Notes: a model not told the origin generated them from the letters alone. 63,456 nt of DNA, filler included, from Octopus bimaculoides (GCF_001194135.2; 6 parts of 6 records of this genome joined end to end with filler, not necessarily neighbours in it), one strand, 5' to 3'; shown: positions 38,881 to 54,712, counted from the whole stretch's first letter. Numbers and translations are program-made.

Positions 38881-39074
38881 CAGTGTTTCTCAACCACTTT
38901 TTTTTTTTACCTATAAACCACTTTGATTCTTATCTTACTCTTTTGTACCCTCATAACCATTAGATTTTTTTAAAATGTTATTTGAAATTATATAACTGAA
39001 ATTGCAAAAATATTTTGTGTGCTGCAGAAATAAGATCAAGCAAAACCATACATGCACTGCATTTGAGAACTACT
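38881..39074. mobile_element. Older hAT-like MITE
   Basis: CAGTGTTTCTCAACC ... TTTGAGAACTACTA; flanks TTCTACTT / ATCTATTG match only 5 of 8. Confidence 0.45.
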
Positions 39075-39324
39075 AATCTATTGTAATATGTAAAATTGTT
39101 TGAATTTAATTTGTTGCTTACACAGTATTTAAGAACCACAATAGTAACAAGAACAACAAAATGGAACCTATTAGTTGTCATTCGTAAAGCCAGTAACATC
39201 AATCAAATCTTCAAATTACGCAACACAGTTATACACACCTACACGTATACAACACAGATATATAAGTATACATATGGGTATATATATAGATAATTATCTA
39301 TTTATCTATCTACCTATCTATCTC

Positions 39325-39392
<68 letters not shown>

Positions 39393-40467
39393 GAACATAC
39401 ATACATATATATATGTATATACGCACATATATACAAACATATACACATACTCACATACATACATACACACACACACACTCTCTCACACATGTATATATCT
39501 TGTTTGAATCAATCACTTGATACTCAGCGTTTCATCTGCGGTTACACTGTCGTCAGACAAATTTCGATTTGTTTATAATTTGCTTGAAGACCCTTGTTAT
39601 GGGAGAATCCAGAACACTCCCACGTGACTAAGCGTGGACTAACAGATAAGTAAGAATTGAATGAACTGTCAGGGGCATGGCCGACGGTGTTAGTTCGACA
39701 GTGTTGGTTTACCGTATTAAATCAACGTGTGGGGGGTTTAAAAGTCGATAGTTCAACAGTGAATACTGAGTATCGCAACTGCGTTCGAGTAGTACGGAGT
39801 GCGTTCTGTGTTAACATATATTTCTGGGCTAGGTTATTTTTAGGTAACCACAACCAGCCATTTATTTGTGTAATGCTATTTTACACCAGACTTGTGTACC
39901 CACGTCATAACAACAATCAAGACTGTAGTACCCACAATCAAGACTAGTATCAAAGAACTGAAACGGCCAAAATAAAAATAGTGTTAATCTATGCTACGAT
40001 ATCGAATACTCTTTCTTTCGACAATTAACACTTTTTCGCATGCTACACGTAGCTTAGGCTACTTCTATTATTGGAGTTTTCTAGTACCTGCCATCTTTTA
40101 CAAACCTGTTCCAATTTTCTAACGTAAAATAGAATGATATATAATTAAAACTGGCTAATTACTGTATGAATATTACATCAGAGTATTATACAAACTAATC
40201 ACATGCTGGTAGATCCTGTACTAATTAATACCTTTTCTCATTGCTACGATAACCTTGGAAAAGCAATGTCGCCGTTTTCAGTTCCCACAGAACAGATGCA
40301 GTTGGAATACAGACATTTACAGATCGACATGTGAGGAATTCATATGCCTTAGTAATGCAGTACAGGGTTACTCCAAGAACACATTCAGAAGTGTTCCTTT
40401 GATAATTTGTAATACGCATGCATACATGATACACACATACACACACACATACACACGCATGTGTATG

Positions 40468-40501
<34 letters not shown>

Positions 40502-41551
40502 NNNNNNNNNNNNNNNNNNNNNNNNNNNNNNNNNNNNNNNNNNNNNNNNNNNNNNNNNNNNNNNNNNNNNNNNNNNNNNNNNNNNNNNNNNNNNNNNNNN
40601 NNNNNNNNNNNNNNNNNNNNNNNNNNNNNNNNNNNNNNNNNNNNNNNNNNNNNNNNNNNNNNNNNNNNNNNNNNNNNNNNNNNNNNNNNNNNNNNNNNNN
40701 NNNNNNNNNNNNNNNNNNNNNNNNNNNNNNNNNNNNNNNNNNNNNNNNNNNNNNNNNNNNNNNNNNNNNNNNNNNNNNNNNNNNNNNNNTCTACAATATG
40801 TATTTTGAGTAGACCCTATCAATATTGAAAATCAACAAATCTTAACCCATTTCATATATTAATATCAACATGACTGAACCATCGTATATAGTCTCAGTGC
40901 ATTTTCAAATATGAGTGTATATATATATATATATTCCGGCTCCTCTCCTCTCTTCATCTGACACCTATTTCCTCTCTTCAAGCAGTGATACGCCCTCCGT
41001 CCACACCCCATCCTCACATGCTCACTTCAAACCCACACGCCAACACCGGCACACCACACTACACACCAACACACCACATCACACCAACACACCACATCAC
41101 ACCAACCCTCACACACTAGGACTGACCACTTCCTAGCATTCACACACCCACACATTGCAGACGCATAAACTTACACACGCACACATCCACACATCAAAGT
41201 CACCAGGCACTATACACACGAACACAGACATTTTCGCATGCACACACGCACAGGTACCTTCGCTTTTGGATCATCTATATTCTATTATCTCCCCTTCTTC
41301 CTAGCTCTCGTGTCTAACTGCCTTTGTCCAGCCAGTCGCCATGAGTGAGTGGTAACCAAACTTCAAAAGTTTTTTCATCTTCTCTATGTTTTTTTCCTCA
41401 TGTTCCTTTCTGTTGAACAACGTAGGCGCGAAACATAAACGACTTTCTCAACTTCCCAAGTGTCAAATTAATACACCTGTTTGTTGTTTATACACCTGTC
41501 TTCGTCTCTTGTTTTTCTGTAAATTTCAACTATATATATATATATATATAT

Positions 41552-41600
<49 letters not shown>

Positions 41601-42580
41601 NNNNNNNNNNNNNNNNNNNNNNNNNNNNNNNNNNNNNNNNNNNNNNNNNNNNNNNNNNNNNNNNNNNNNNNNNNNNNNNNNNNNNNNNNNNNNNNNNNNN
41701 NNNNNNNNNNNNNNNNNNNNNNNNNNNNNNNNNNNNNNNNNNNNNNNNNNNNNNNNNNNNNNNNNNNNNNNNNNNNNNNNNNNNNNNNNNNNNNNNNNNN
41801 NNNNNNNNNNNNNNNNNNNNNNNNNNNNNNNNNNNNNNNNNNNNNNNNNNNNNNNNNNNNNNNNNNNNNNNNNNNNNNNNNNNNNNNNNNNNNNNNNNNN
41901 NNNNNNNNNNNNNNNNNNNNNNNNNNNNNNNNNNNNNNNNNNNNNNNNNNNNNNNNNNNNNNNNNNNNNNNNNNNNNNNNNNNNNNNNNNNNNNNNNNNN
42001 NNNNNNNNNNNNNNNNNNNNNNNNNNNNNNNNNNNNNNNNNNNNNNNNNNNNNNNNNNNNNNNNNNNNNNNNNNNNNNNNNNNNNNNNNNNNNNNNNNNN
42101 NNNNNNNNNNNNNNNNNNNNNNNNNNNNNNNNNNNNNNNNNNNNNNNNNNNNNNNNNNNNNNNNNNNNNNNNNNNNNNNNNNNNNNNNNNNNNNNNNNNN
42201 NNNNNNNNNNNNNNNNNNNNNNNNNNNNNNNNNNNNNNNNNNNNNNNNNNNNNNNNNNNNNNNNNNNNNNNNNNNNNNNNNNNNNNNNNNNNNNNNNNNN
42301 NNNNNNNNNNNNNNNNNNNNNNNNNNNNNNNNNNNNNNNNNNNNNNNNNNNNNNNNNNNNNNNNNNNNNNNNNNNNNNNNNNNNNNNNNNNNNNNNNNNN
42401 NNNNNNNNNNNNNNNNNNNNNNNNNNNNNNNNNNNNNNNNNNNNNNNNNNNNNNNNNNNNNNNNNNNNNNNNNNNNNNNNNNNNNNNNNNNNNNNNNNNN
42501 NNNNNNNNNNNNNNNNNNNNNNNNNNNNNNNNNNNNNNNNNNNNNNNNNNNNNNNNNNNNNNNNNNNNNNNNNNNNNNNN

Positions 42581-42624
<44 letters not shown>

Positions 42625-43211
42625 TATAGATAGAGAGAGAGAGAGAGAGAGAAACAGAAAGATAGATAGATACATAGTTACATACATACATCCATCCATC
42701 CATACATACATACATACATATATGGATACATAGATAGATAGATATTTCGCTGAAGGAGATATCTGAGAAGCAATTCAGAGTTCGGCATGCTCAACAAAGT
42801 AACTCCAACAACAACAGCAACAACGACAATTAAAGAATATAAAAGAGTGATAAAAACAATGGCGTGTATTACTTTCATTCAGACAAATATATTATCACTA
42901 TCATAAAATCAGTTATTCTGCGTATTTATTTCGAAAGCATGAAGCATAATGGGAGCATTCGTAAGGAGTTTGTGTATAATTCATAGTAGACTGTAGAGAA
43001 GTGAGCTGGTTAATGTACATAGGAATGGGGAGTTTAATAAACGGTGGAGAAGTCAAAGACTCAGGTGTTGCGGCAAAATTTTCAGCGCTCGCCGACAAAA
43101 AGAGAACATTCTAGCAAGTAGATTGTTCAGCAAATAAAAACAAAGACACAACAATAAAAATATGAATAAACAATATAAAAAGAGCACAACAAAAAGCCTC
43201 AATCTCAACTA

Positions 43212-43251
<40 letters not shown>

Positions 43252-44267
43252 TCAACGAGAGAGCAGATGATCATGATCGTAACATGATGATGATGATGAT
43301 GATAATAATAATAATAATCATGATAATAATGATATAGTCTATTAATTTCGTGAAAATCAAACGTCGTTTGATGACTAAACTCTTGGGAGATGGACTTGTG
43401 TGAGAACAAAGAGATGTAAACGGTGAGTAATAAGCTTTATATCATCGTGAAATATATGCAGCGATGGTTGATGGCAAAGTTATACAAACCATCGATTGTT
43501 CAGTGACACAAGAAACATTTCGAATTGCAAAGAAATAATTATATTTTCTAAACCTATGACAAACGTATAACTTAGAGTATTTTTTCTTTGTGCAGATTAT
43601 GACGACGCGGTGCGCATTCACAGAAATACACACACTGTATACATATGTATGTATATATANNNNNNNNNNNNNNNNNNNNNNNNNNNNNNNNNNNNNNNNN
43701 NNNNNNNNNNNNNNNNNNNNNNNNNNNNNNNNNNNNNNNNNNNNNNNNNNNNNNNNNNNNNNNNNNNNNNNNNNNNNNNNNNNNNNNNNNNNNNNNNNNN
43801 NNNNNNNNNNNNNNNNNNNNNNNNNNNNNNNNTATATATATATGTATATATATATATATTTAAAAAATTGGCAACACATGCAGGCACAGATTCGCCTATG
43901 CATTTATAAATATATGCATATACATCCACACACTTTTATTTAATGTCACTCACACAAACACGTATGTGTGCCTGTATATGCATTTGTTATACGCTTCAAT
44001 ACATTTATGTGTAGTATAAGCGTCGGTATATCAACAGAAACATATTCATACACACACTGTTAAGCCTTTAATATGCTAAGCATTAAATACAAGTAGAGGG
44101 GATTTCGGAGAGGGTGCTGTGTATTTTGGGCGAGTAAAAGCTGCGAGCAGGTTTCGATATGTACATACTTAATGGAAGTTCATTTATTTATGTTAATAAC
44201 CTTCTTGAACAAAACATAGGCGCTACAATATTGTAAAAAGCCCTGTATCAATATAGATTATTGAGTT

Positions 44268-44688
44268 AAGGCTGTGAGCTGGCAGAATCGTTACCGCGAC
44301 GGGAAAATTGTTTGGCGGCATTCTTTCCACTTAACGGTCTGAATTCAAATATCTCCGGGGTCTAATAGATCTTTCATCTTTTCGGGGTCAATAAAATAAG
44401 TACCAGTTGAACTCTAGGATCGACATAATCGACTTTCTCCTTCCGCTGAGACTGCTGGTCTTGTGCCAATATCTGAAATCAATATAAAATGCTGAGAGAC
44501 GGGCGAGCTGGCAGAACCATTAACACACCGGAAAAAACGCTTAATAGCATTTTTTCTTTGTTTTTACTTAATATACTGAGTTCAAATACTACCGGGTGCG
44601 ATTTTGCCATTCGTCCTTTCGAAGTTGATGCAATTGACTTATCTCCTTCACGGAAATCGCTGGACTTATGCCAAAATTTGAAACCAAT
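44268..44688 (+). mobile_element. Two tandem copies of the dominant SINE (44268-44482, 44498-44688)
   Basis: Both start with g.gagctggcagaa; B-box-like gaattcaaat / gagttcaaat; 3' ends gtgccaatatctgaaatc and atgccaaaatttgaaacc. Confidence 0.85.
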
Positions 44689-45486
44689 ACAGAGTATTGG
44701 GTTCACAGTAATAAGGTCATAAGTTCAATTCCTGGAACTGTCAAAACAATTTGTGTTTTGTTATTCCAGTAAAACTAACATTAGGCGCTTAAAATATTCG
44801 CAATAATAGTGAATAAACTTGTTATATATATATATATATATATGATGCATAATAAAACGAATGGATATATATATATATATATATATATATTCTTGTTGTC
44901 ATGGGATTACGCTGTCATAACCTTTGATAGGCTGTCATAAGCAAGTAAGAGTCATGAGAATTTAGGCGCTTCGAGAGTACATAAAACAATTCTTTATAGT
45001 GAAGAGTGTTTTAACCCGAAGTAGGTAAAACTGAATAATAGCGTCACAAAAATCCCTTTGAATGTTTAAAATTCTATAGTTGCACTTCAGACTTGAAATT
45101 ACATTTCATGTTTACACAGTAGGAGTCCTACCATTTCACCAAAGCAATCATTAGAATTTTGCTATCCATTTTAGAAATTTTACTCTTACCAGTTTTGCTT
45201 TCTTGTCTCAAAATTATTTTAGCCTAATATTTACAAGCTATTATCTATAGCTTTATCTGCTTCGAGTTCAGACTATCCCAAAACAGATTATGTACATACA
45301 TAATCAACAAGTATTATATAAATATATATATAACAAATGAGGGGTGCATTTCCACGCAGGAAAAAATAGGCAAATTTGTTAATGAAAATGCACCTAAATT
45401 TGAGAAATGTGTAATTGTTTAAAATAAATTTAGTTACATATATACCAAACTAGTGTCAACAGTATTTTTTGTTTATCACTGGTAAA

Positions 45487-45630
45487 AATTTAGAATTATG
45501 AATTAGAAAAAAACACCTTTAAATGTCTCAATGTTGACAAAATTAAATGTCCATAAGAGCCGAATTTAGAATTATGAATTAGAAAAACATGTTAAAAAAT
45601 TTCGATGTTGACAAGTTTAAATGTTCATAA
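45487..45630 (+). repeat. About 75-bp imperfect tandem duplication
   Basis: aatttagaattatgaattagaaaaa...atgttgacaa..ttaaatgt.cataa occurs twice back to back. Confidence 0.8.
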
Positions 45631-46101
45631 CAGTCAATAATATTAAAACTGTGCATCAATTTGTCTGAATGTACAAAGCTCATTAGTGTTAGTAGTGATC
45701 GACAAGAAAAGGATATCCTCAGTTTCAGTGATACTGAGTTAAAAGGGGAAAAAGGGAGAAATGAAGATAGTAAATATTGTTGAAACTGGTTTGGAATATA
45801 TGTAAATAAATTTATTTTAAACAATTTTTCAAATCGAAGTGCATTNNNNNNNNNNNNNNNNNNNNNNNNNNNNNNNNNNNNNNNNNNNNNNNNNNNNNNN
45901 NNNNNNNNNNNNNNNNNNNNNNNNNNNNNNNNNNNNNNNNNNNNNNNNNNNNNNNNNNNNNNNNNNNNNNNNNNNNNNNNNNNNNNNNNNNNNNNNNNNN
46001 NNNNNNNNNNNNNNNNNNNNNNNNNNNNNNNNNNNNNNNNNNNNNNNNNNNNNNNNNNNNNNNNNNNNNNNNNNNNNNNNNNNNNNNNNNNNNNNNNNNN
46101 N

Positions 46102-46139
<38 letters not shown>

Positions 46140-46234
46140 CATATGTGGGAGGAGTGTGTATGCCTGTGGTTGTGTTTGTCCCTCACCACTTGACACCGAT
46201 AGAATAAGTACCAGACTTAAAACATTGTACTGGA

Positions 46235-46910
46235 CAGCTAATTTCCACAACTGTACACAGTTCCTGTTCTCTATCCCAAATCACTCTGTCAGATATATTA
46301 CGTTTACATTTTATTAAGGTTTTCACTGGGATATTCCACCAGTACTTCTTTTTATTATGAGTGGCTATAGATTCTACCATACTGTGGGTTCTTATTTCTT
46401 TGGCCAAGGGGTTATCTTTCTGGCGGATCAAATTATACAGTGTCTTAACTACAACGCTATATATCACTGTTAGATAACACCATGATGCCATTTTCGGACA
46501 ACTGCTTATGATGTTAACTCCAAATTGTCTGCATCGGTTATCACCTTTTGTTGTATTTCCTCAGTATCTCTCCCTTTTGTGCATCAGGCATTTGGTTGAT
46601 ATTTCTTGTTTCTGGACTGAAAACGCACACCCGTCAAACTGGCAGTTAGTAATCCGATTGTTGGTTCAAGACTGCTTGGATTATCAATGTTACTATCATC
46701 CCGGAGCTTTCTAATAACATATTTATGCATGGTTGTCTGCTGATGTACGCTCATCCTCTCATCTGATAATACGTTGCAGCAGAGTCATGAGACATTTTGG
46801 GGCAGGTATTTAAGGTTATTGGACAAGTAACTCTGCTCAAGGATCTGCTTTCGATGTTATCAGCCTCTATTTATATAAGTATGAGTGCACGAGGGGTGTT
46901 TGAAAAGTCT
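46235..46910 (-). mobile_element. R4/Dong-like non-LTR retrotransposon fragment with zinc-finger remnant and restriction-like endonuclease (RLE) start
   Basis: Minus frames: AFSVQKQEISTKCLMHKRE, DNRCR.FGVNIISSCPKM (CCHC finger with a deletion) and YWWNIPVKT..KCKRNISDRVIWDREQELCTVVEISCP (PD..I...E..CP RLE motif). Confidence 0.78.
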
Positions 46911-46951
46911 TTAGCCTCAAAACAAAAGAAATCATGCTACGAGACTTCTGA

Positions 46952-47039
<88 letters not shown>

Positions 47040-47042
<3 letters not shown>

Positions 47043-47700
47043 AATTTTGTACGACTCTCATTATTTCTTTCTTTCAGCCCCTTCACACGTACTTCGTTCT
47101 TTTCACTCTTCTTTCTTTCGCTCTCTCTCTCTCTCTCTCTCAAATTTCCCTTCCCTTCATTCTCACCTCCCCTCCTTTTTCACTTCACTCTGTCTCTTTT
47201 CCTTTCTCTCGTCCCTCTTTAATTCTTCCATCCCTCTGCATCTACCTCTCTCCTCTCCTTCTATGTGAGCAGTGTTCGGCTAAGCCTGACCTTTTTTTCT
47301 TCGTTCGACTACCATCCTTCCAACATCTATATTCCATCCCATGCCTGTCAACTCTTATGTCCCTGCCGTAGGGCTTCACTTCCACACACGCCAGCTTAAT
47401 TCAATTCGTCCTTAGTCGAAATACACCTGTTGTTTACATTTCTATTTGTGTACTAGTTCTCTGTCTTTCCTTCCTCGTTTTCGTGTACATTTGCTGCTTT
47501 CTTCCAAAGAAACTAGTGCTCTTAGATTTTCCTTGGGGCTTGCTAAATTGGAGCAGTCTCGAGTATAACCAGCCGAAACTGCGAAGATAATCTGGAACTC
47601 GACTGACGAAAGAAAACTCTGAATGACCCGTCCTTATTTTTTCATGTCCCTTGTTTTGTTGTCGCCTGTCACGTTCTTGTTCCTTTTTGTATTCTTTTCT
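47040..47700. mobile_element. Interspersed repeat, copy 2 (homologous to 4940-5640)
   Basis: See 4940-5640; same orientation, clearly diverged. Confidence 0.75.
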
Positions 47701-47710
47701 ATATACATAT

Positions 47711-47775
<65 letters not shown>

Positions 47776-49694
47776 NNNNNNNNNNNNNNNNNNNNNNNNN
47801 NNNNNNNNNNNNNNNNNNNNNNNNNNNNNNNNNNNNNNNNNNNNNNNNNNNNNNNNNNNNNNNNNNNNNNNNNNNNNNNNNNNNNNNNNNNNNNNNNNNN
47901 NNNNNNNNNNNNNNNNNNATATATATATATATATATATACTCATGACTGTGCGCGCGTGCGTCTGTGCGAGTGTGTGTGAAAGGAAACAATGGAGGCGTT
48001 GAACACTATCCCAATCTGTTTCATTTTGCTTACGCTATGGGTATTTAAAAATTACTGTCTCAGTATAGCCCAGCTGTGATTACGGAAACCAGTAAAAAAA
48101 AAAATTAAGAAAACGTACTGGGTACAATGCCCTGCACTTGTTTATTGTTTTGTTCTGTCAGGGAAAGAGCTAATTGCGTTAACATTCTAATTAATTTGGT
48201 TGAGCTGTTGACTATAAATGCGTATCAATTACACGTACGATACGGTAAAACATGGATAGATAAAGGAAAAAATAGATAAAGCACCGATAACGGCACATCA
48301 TGTGTGACAAGTACAGCGAATAAGAAACTATGAGAAACCTGTTGAGAGGCATTGAATTTACACTGAAGATGCATAGGAATGTGTTGAGTATTAGCTGAAA
48401 GAAATTTGACAGTTTGGTAAGTGGATTCAATAGGGAAATGAGGAAGTATAAGAAGAGGAGCTGGAGGAGGTAGAATTAGCATGGAAACAACAACAACGAC
48501 AGCAAGGAATTTCAATGTAACAAGTTATTTAAAAGAAATCCAGAGAGAGCATGTCGCCGGTGGATCTATAGCCAATGAAAATATTTTGAAAATCTCATTG
48601 AAGATAAAGCGACGCGAAAAGAGCTCGGTTTTTTTTTTACCATTAATGATGTATGGTCCCTTTGTCAGAACTAGCATTTATCAAGTTAGCGATAGTTTGA
48701 ATTGCGTGTTGATCGTAAGCAAGGTTTTAAAATTGAACGAGTGTCTTGTTGAAATATATTGAAACTACAGCATGTTAGTTTTATATGTGAAACTTGAGGT
48801 TAGTTGATTGTGTCAGACTTATGCTGGCTGGGTAAAAAACAATATCATAAGCGAATGTTCCTGCGGTTAGATGTAGCGAATGAAATGTACACAAACTGAA
48901 GAATGTATGATCGTGTCCGATACCTGAGATATACCTGGGTTTATACATCAGATCGACCACAATATTTATTCAGTCTCTTTCTTTTACTAAACGGCAAATT
49001 TATGAGGACTAAACACTTCAAAACCATTTACCAAGCACTGAAGACTGACTTAGTAAAAGAAGCAGCTTGATATACTGATTATATTACTGTAACGATCCTC
49101 TAAAACACGGCTTTGCAAGGACACAGAAGAAAAAAACTACGGCCATCTTTCGTAATCGAAGATAAGTTCGCTTGAACCATGATTTCGTTCTTGGTTGTTG
49201 GAGCACGTTTAGTTGTCAGAAGAAAAATATATCTTAAGCCGCCCAAGCTTAGGCCATTTGAAATATTAAGGCTGTAATAATGAAAAAGAAGGCTGCCCCA
49301 GCAATGTTTTGTTGTTTTATTCATCGAACCTAAAAGGATGAGAGACAAATTTCACTTCGACGGCACTTAAACAGAGTGGCGATTGCCGGAATAAACATTG
49401 CAACGCATTATATACGATGTTTTAACGGCTTCGATATACATACATACAAACACACATACATGCACACATACATACATACATACATATACACACATATATG
49501 TATATATATATACATATATGTGTGTGTGTGTCTGTGAATGCGTGTGTATATTCATAGACACACGTTTATGTACGTTTATATGTACATATACATATATATA
49601 TATATATATATATCCTTATATACACACACACACATATGCATGTATATGTATATGTATATACATATATGTATATGTATATATATGTATGTATATG

Positions 49695-49746
<52 letters not shown>

Positions 49747-50108
49747 CATCTATCTTTACATATATGCTATAAATGTAATACACACGTATATAGTTATGTA
49801 CAGTTACATTAAAAAAAAGAACATATCGTGATAGATTGATAGAAAGATATAGATACATATCCACTGTTTTACATCTGTTTGTCACAGTCAATTAAATGTT
49901 GTCTCTAAAACACTATTTAATAACACACACACACATACGTATATGTACGGATGTCTGTCTGTCTGTATGTATATATATATAAAGTTTACAATATAAGAAA
50001 CAAAATACAAACATAGCAATAAAATAAAGGAATCTACAAATACAAAACAACACATAGCTGTAATATAACAAAACAAGAAAACCGATATGCTCTGTTTCGA
50101 AACTCTCC

Positions 50109-50166
<58 letters not shown>

Positions 50167-50839
50167 GTTATTTTTTTTAATATTCTTCTTGTTGATTTTT
50201 ATTTCCTAGAGAAGCACAACACGCATGCTATGGTTCACTGGGTCTATAAAACAGCTAGAGAATACTGAATAGAATAGCTCAATCAAGGCTAAGTGGATTG
50301 ACTTGTGGCTATGAGCAGTAAACAACAGCAACAAAAATAAAAACACAAATACAGCAATAACAATAACGATGATAATGATAATAATAATAATAATAATGAT
50401 AACAACAACAACAATAAAATAATCATCCGACAATTCCAAATATACAAAATAGAAAAAAATATTAAAAAAAAACAACAACATGAAAAGAGCAAAACAAAAG
50501 GAAGCAAAATAAAAACAAAATGGCTACCGTCAGACGAAAATTTCGCGCCATCAAACGTTTATTTCTGTATTGTGAAGTCAGGGTATTTTTCGTTGAGTCA
50601 TCTATATTGATTTCTGCCAATATTGTGTTGCAATGTTGCAATGAAAATTTGCGTAAAAAAAAGAATGAATTAAAGATAACAATAAATACAGGAACAGATA
50701 GAATAACAATAACAATAACAATGTCAATACGTACCATGATAAGAGAAGACATTCAGCGTGCGATTGATTTTTCTATCATCATAATCGTCATCATTAGAAA
50801 AATAATGATCGCCTTCGTAATTCTTTTTCGTTGCTGTTG

Positions 50840-50909
<70 letters not shown>

Positions 50910-50935
50910 TACTATTATTATCATCCTTCATCTTC

Positions 50936-50981
<46 letters not shown>

Positions 50982-53281
50982 CATTATTATTATTATCATT
51001 ATTATTACTATTATCATTATTATTATTCTCCTTATTATAAAGTACATTTTTCTTATTGTTTTCATTAATATTTGATTATTATTTATTTTCATTATTATTA
51101 CGAGCATCATCATCATCATCATCATGATTATCATTATTCTTATTACTATTATCAATATTAATATTATTATTACGCCCATACCCCTATATATATCCCTCCT
51201 ACTTTTGTTGGTCATTTTTACTAGGCCACAACATCCACAATCTCAGTCTTGCTCAAGTCGATGCCATGAGCATCGGTACTGAGTGAATCAATATGCTAAG
51301 TGATTGCAACATAAATCACACACACATACACTCACGCATTATCTCTCTCTCTCTCACATACACATGCACAGATTTGGACTAACACATAAATACACTGGTA
51401 CAGCCCATTCTCCATACATATGTAAGCGCAAGGACAATTATGCGAATACATATATAAACATATGTGAAAATGTGTATGCACAAGCATATGAATAGATATA
51501 TATTTACACACACACACGCGCACACACATACACAAACACTCACACACGTATATATGAATATCTATTATCTATCTATTTATATCTAGCTATATGTCCACAT
51601 ATCTATCTACTTCTTTACACACACGTACACACACTTATATGTATGTATGCATATATATATATATATATATATANNNNNNNNNNNNNNNNNNNNNNNNNNN
51701 NNNNNNNNNNNNNNNNNNNNNNNNNNNNNNNNNNNNNNNNNNNNNNNNNNNNNNNNNNNNNNNNNNNNNNNNNNNNNNNNNNNNNNNNNNNNNNNNNNNN
51801 NNNNNNNNNNNNNNNNNNNNNNNNNNNNNNNNNNNNNNNNNNNNNNNNNNNNNNNNNNNNNNNNNNNNNNNNNNNNNNNNNNNNNNNNNNNNNNNNNNNN
51901 NNNNNNNNNNNNNNNNNNNNNNNNNNNNNNNNNNNNNNNNNNNNNNNNNNNNNNNNNNNNNNNNNNNNNNNNNNNNNNNNNNNNNNNNNNNNNNNNNNNN
52001 NNNNNNNNNNNNNNNNNNNNNNNNNNNNNNNNNNNNNNNNNNNNNNNNNNNNNNNNNNNNNNNNNNNNNNNNNNNNNNNNNNNNNNNNNNNNNNNNNNNN
52101 NNNNNNNNNNNNNNNNNNNNNNNNNNNNNNNNNNNNNNNNNNNNNNNNNNNNNNNNNNNNNNNNNNNNNNNNNNNNNNNNNNNNNNNNNNNNNNNNNNNN
52201 NNNNNNNNNNNNNNNNNNNNNNNNNNNNNNNNNNNNNNNNNNNNNNNNNNNNNNNNNNNNNNNNNNNNNNNNNNNNNNNNNNNNNNNNNNNNNNNNNNNN
52301 NNNNNNNNNNNNNNNNNNNNNNNNNNNNNNNNNNNNNNNNNNNNNNNNNNNNNNNNNNNNNNNNNNNNNNNNNNNNNNNTACATTCATACATATATATAT
52401 ATATATTGGTATAAAGTATATCGTATTTAATATACCTATATGTGTATGTGTATTTATAAATATATGTATATATATATATATTTATATTTATATATAAAGA
52501 GACAAGAACATACACAGACACAAATATGTTTGTTTGTATGTATATATGTATATGTGTATTTATATACGTGTGTATGTATTCATGTCTGCATATATGTATG
52601 TATATGTTATAATCATGAACAACGACTATAAACATCAAGGGCAAAAACAAATGCAGCATGATTAAAATATCAATTATCTCTGAAGTGTGTTTATGCAATA
52701 TAACTAACACGCCACAGCCCCTGTGAGGACGTGTTTTTAAAGATATTTATACTCAACGTACTTATTATGTCCATTAATGGGCAAAGCACTACGGCTTTTG
52801 ATTTATCGTGTAAGTAAATATGTATACAAACACACATGCTACCATGTAGAAAAATACATATATGTTATATCTATACCTATATTTATGCAAACATAATTAA
52901 TGATATGAATATAAATATCAATATACAAATATGTGTATATGTAATTATAAACATGTATATAAGTACATACATGTACAGATATTTTGTATAAATATATGTA
53001 TGTATGTATGTATGTATATATGTATGTATGTATGTATGTATATTGTAAATATGTGTACATTTATATACTTCTGTATTCACATCAAAGTCAAGCTGGAGTT
53101 ATTGAAGTATTTAATTATCTACTTGTTAGTTATAGTCTGCTTATTAAATATGTATCGATGGATTGCTCATGAACATTGCCTCACTATCTGTACTCCTTGA
53201 TTACTATATATAAATATAAATATGTGTGTGTATATATATACGTGTGTGAGTGTTTATGTATATATATACACATATACACAC

Positions 53282-53332
<51 letters not shown>

Positions 53333-54675
53333 NNNNNNNNNNNNNNNNNNNNNNNNNNNNNNNNNNNNNNNNNNNNNNNNNNNNNNNNNNNNNNNNNNNN
53401 NNNNNNNNNNNNNNNNNNNNNNNNNNNNNNNNNNNNNNNNNNNNNNNNNNNNNNNNNNNNNNNNNNNNNNNNNNNNNNNNNNNNNNNNNNNNNNNNNNNN
53501 NNNNNNNNNNNNNNNNNNNNNNNNNNNNNNNNNNNNNNNNNNNNNNNNNNNNNNNNNNNNNNNNNNNNNNNNNNNNNNNNNNNNNNNNNNNNNNNNNNNN
53601 NNNNNNNNNNNNNNNNNNNNNNNNNNNNNNNNNNNNNNNNNNNNNNNNNNNNNNNNNNNNNNNNNNNNNNNNNNNNNNNNNNNNNNNNNNNNNNNNNNNN
53701 NNNNNNNNNNNNNNNNNNNNNNNNNNNNNNNNNNNNNNNNNNNNNNNNNNNNNNNNNNNNNNNNNNNNNNNNNNNNNNNNNNNNNNNNNNNNNNNNNNNN
53801 NNNNNNNNNNNNNNNNNNNNNNNNNNNNNNNNNNNNNNNNNNNNNNNNNNNNNNNNNNNNNNNNNNNNNNNNNNNNNNNNNNNNNNNNNNNNNNNNNNNN
53901 NNNNNNNNNNNNNNNNNNNNNNNNNNNNNNNNNNNNNNNNNNNNNNNNNNNNNNNNNNNNNNNNNNNNNNNNNNNNNNNNNNNNNNNNNNNNNNNNNNNN
54001 NNNNNNNNNNNNNNNNNNNNNNNNNNNNNNNNNNNNNNNNNNNNNNNNNNNNNNNNNNNATATATATATATATGACTGTACGTATATATGTATGTATATA
54101 AGCTCTGGAATGTTTATTTCTTTTGAAAGTATGTGTTTTATAAAGATAAGACCATCCGAATCTTTATGTCGCCATTCAATTTACAGATATGTTTGATTTT
54201 AGAAATGCGCGATATTACATCCATACGTACACACACATACACATACATATACATATACACATACATACACACACACATATATATATTTATATATATATAT
54301 ACATGCACATGCATACATTCCTTGATAATACAAGCATAAGCACACTAACACACATATACACAGACATACATATATATAAACTCTACAAAGTATATCATTT
54401 TTTTAATACATATCACATATATGTGTAACCGTATGAATCATTGCTTGCATATATATACACAGCCACTAAAATGTTCACATAGCTAATTTCAATTCTAATC
54501 TTTTGAAATCATTCTCTTGAAAACTCCATTTTCTTTGTTTAACTTTAACTACAATAAAATGGCTGGGTCATCATTGTAATTAAGTAATTTAAATAAGGTC
54601 TCACTCATTACGTATACATGTCTATTTATATGTGTGTGCGAGTGTTTATGATTGTATATGTATATATGTCCCAGT

Positions 54676-54712
<37 letters not shown>

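Noticed and set aside
39530-39580. Minus-strand CTGACGA...GAAACGCT hammerhead-like spacing
   Set aside because: Neither stem I nor stem II can be paired; indistinguishable from chance.
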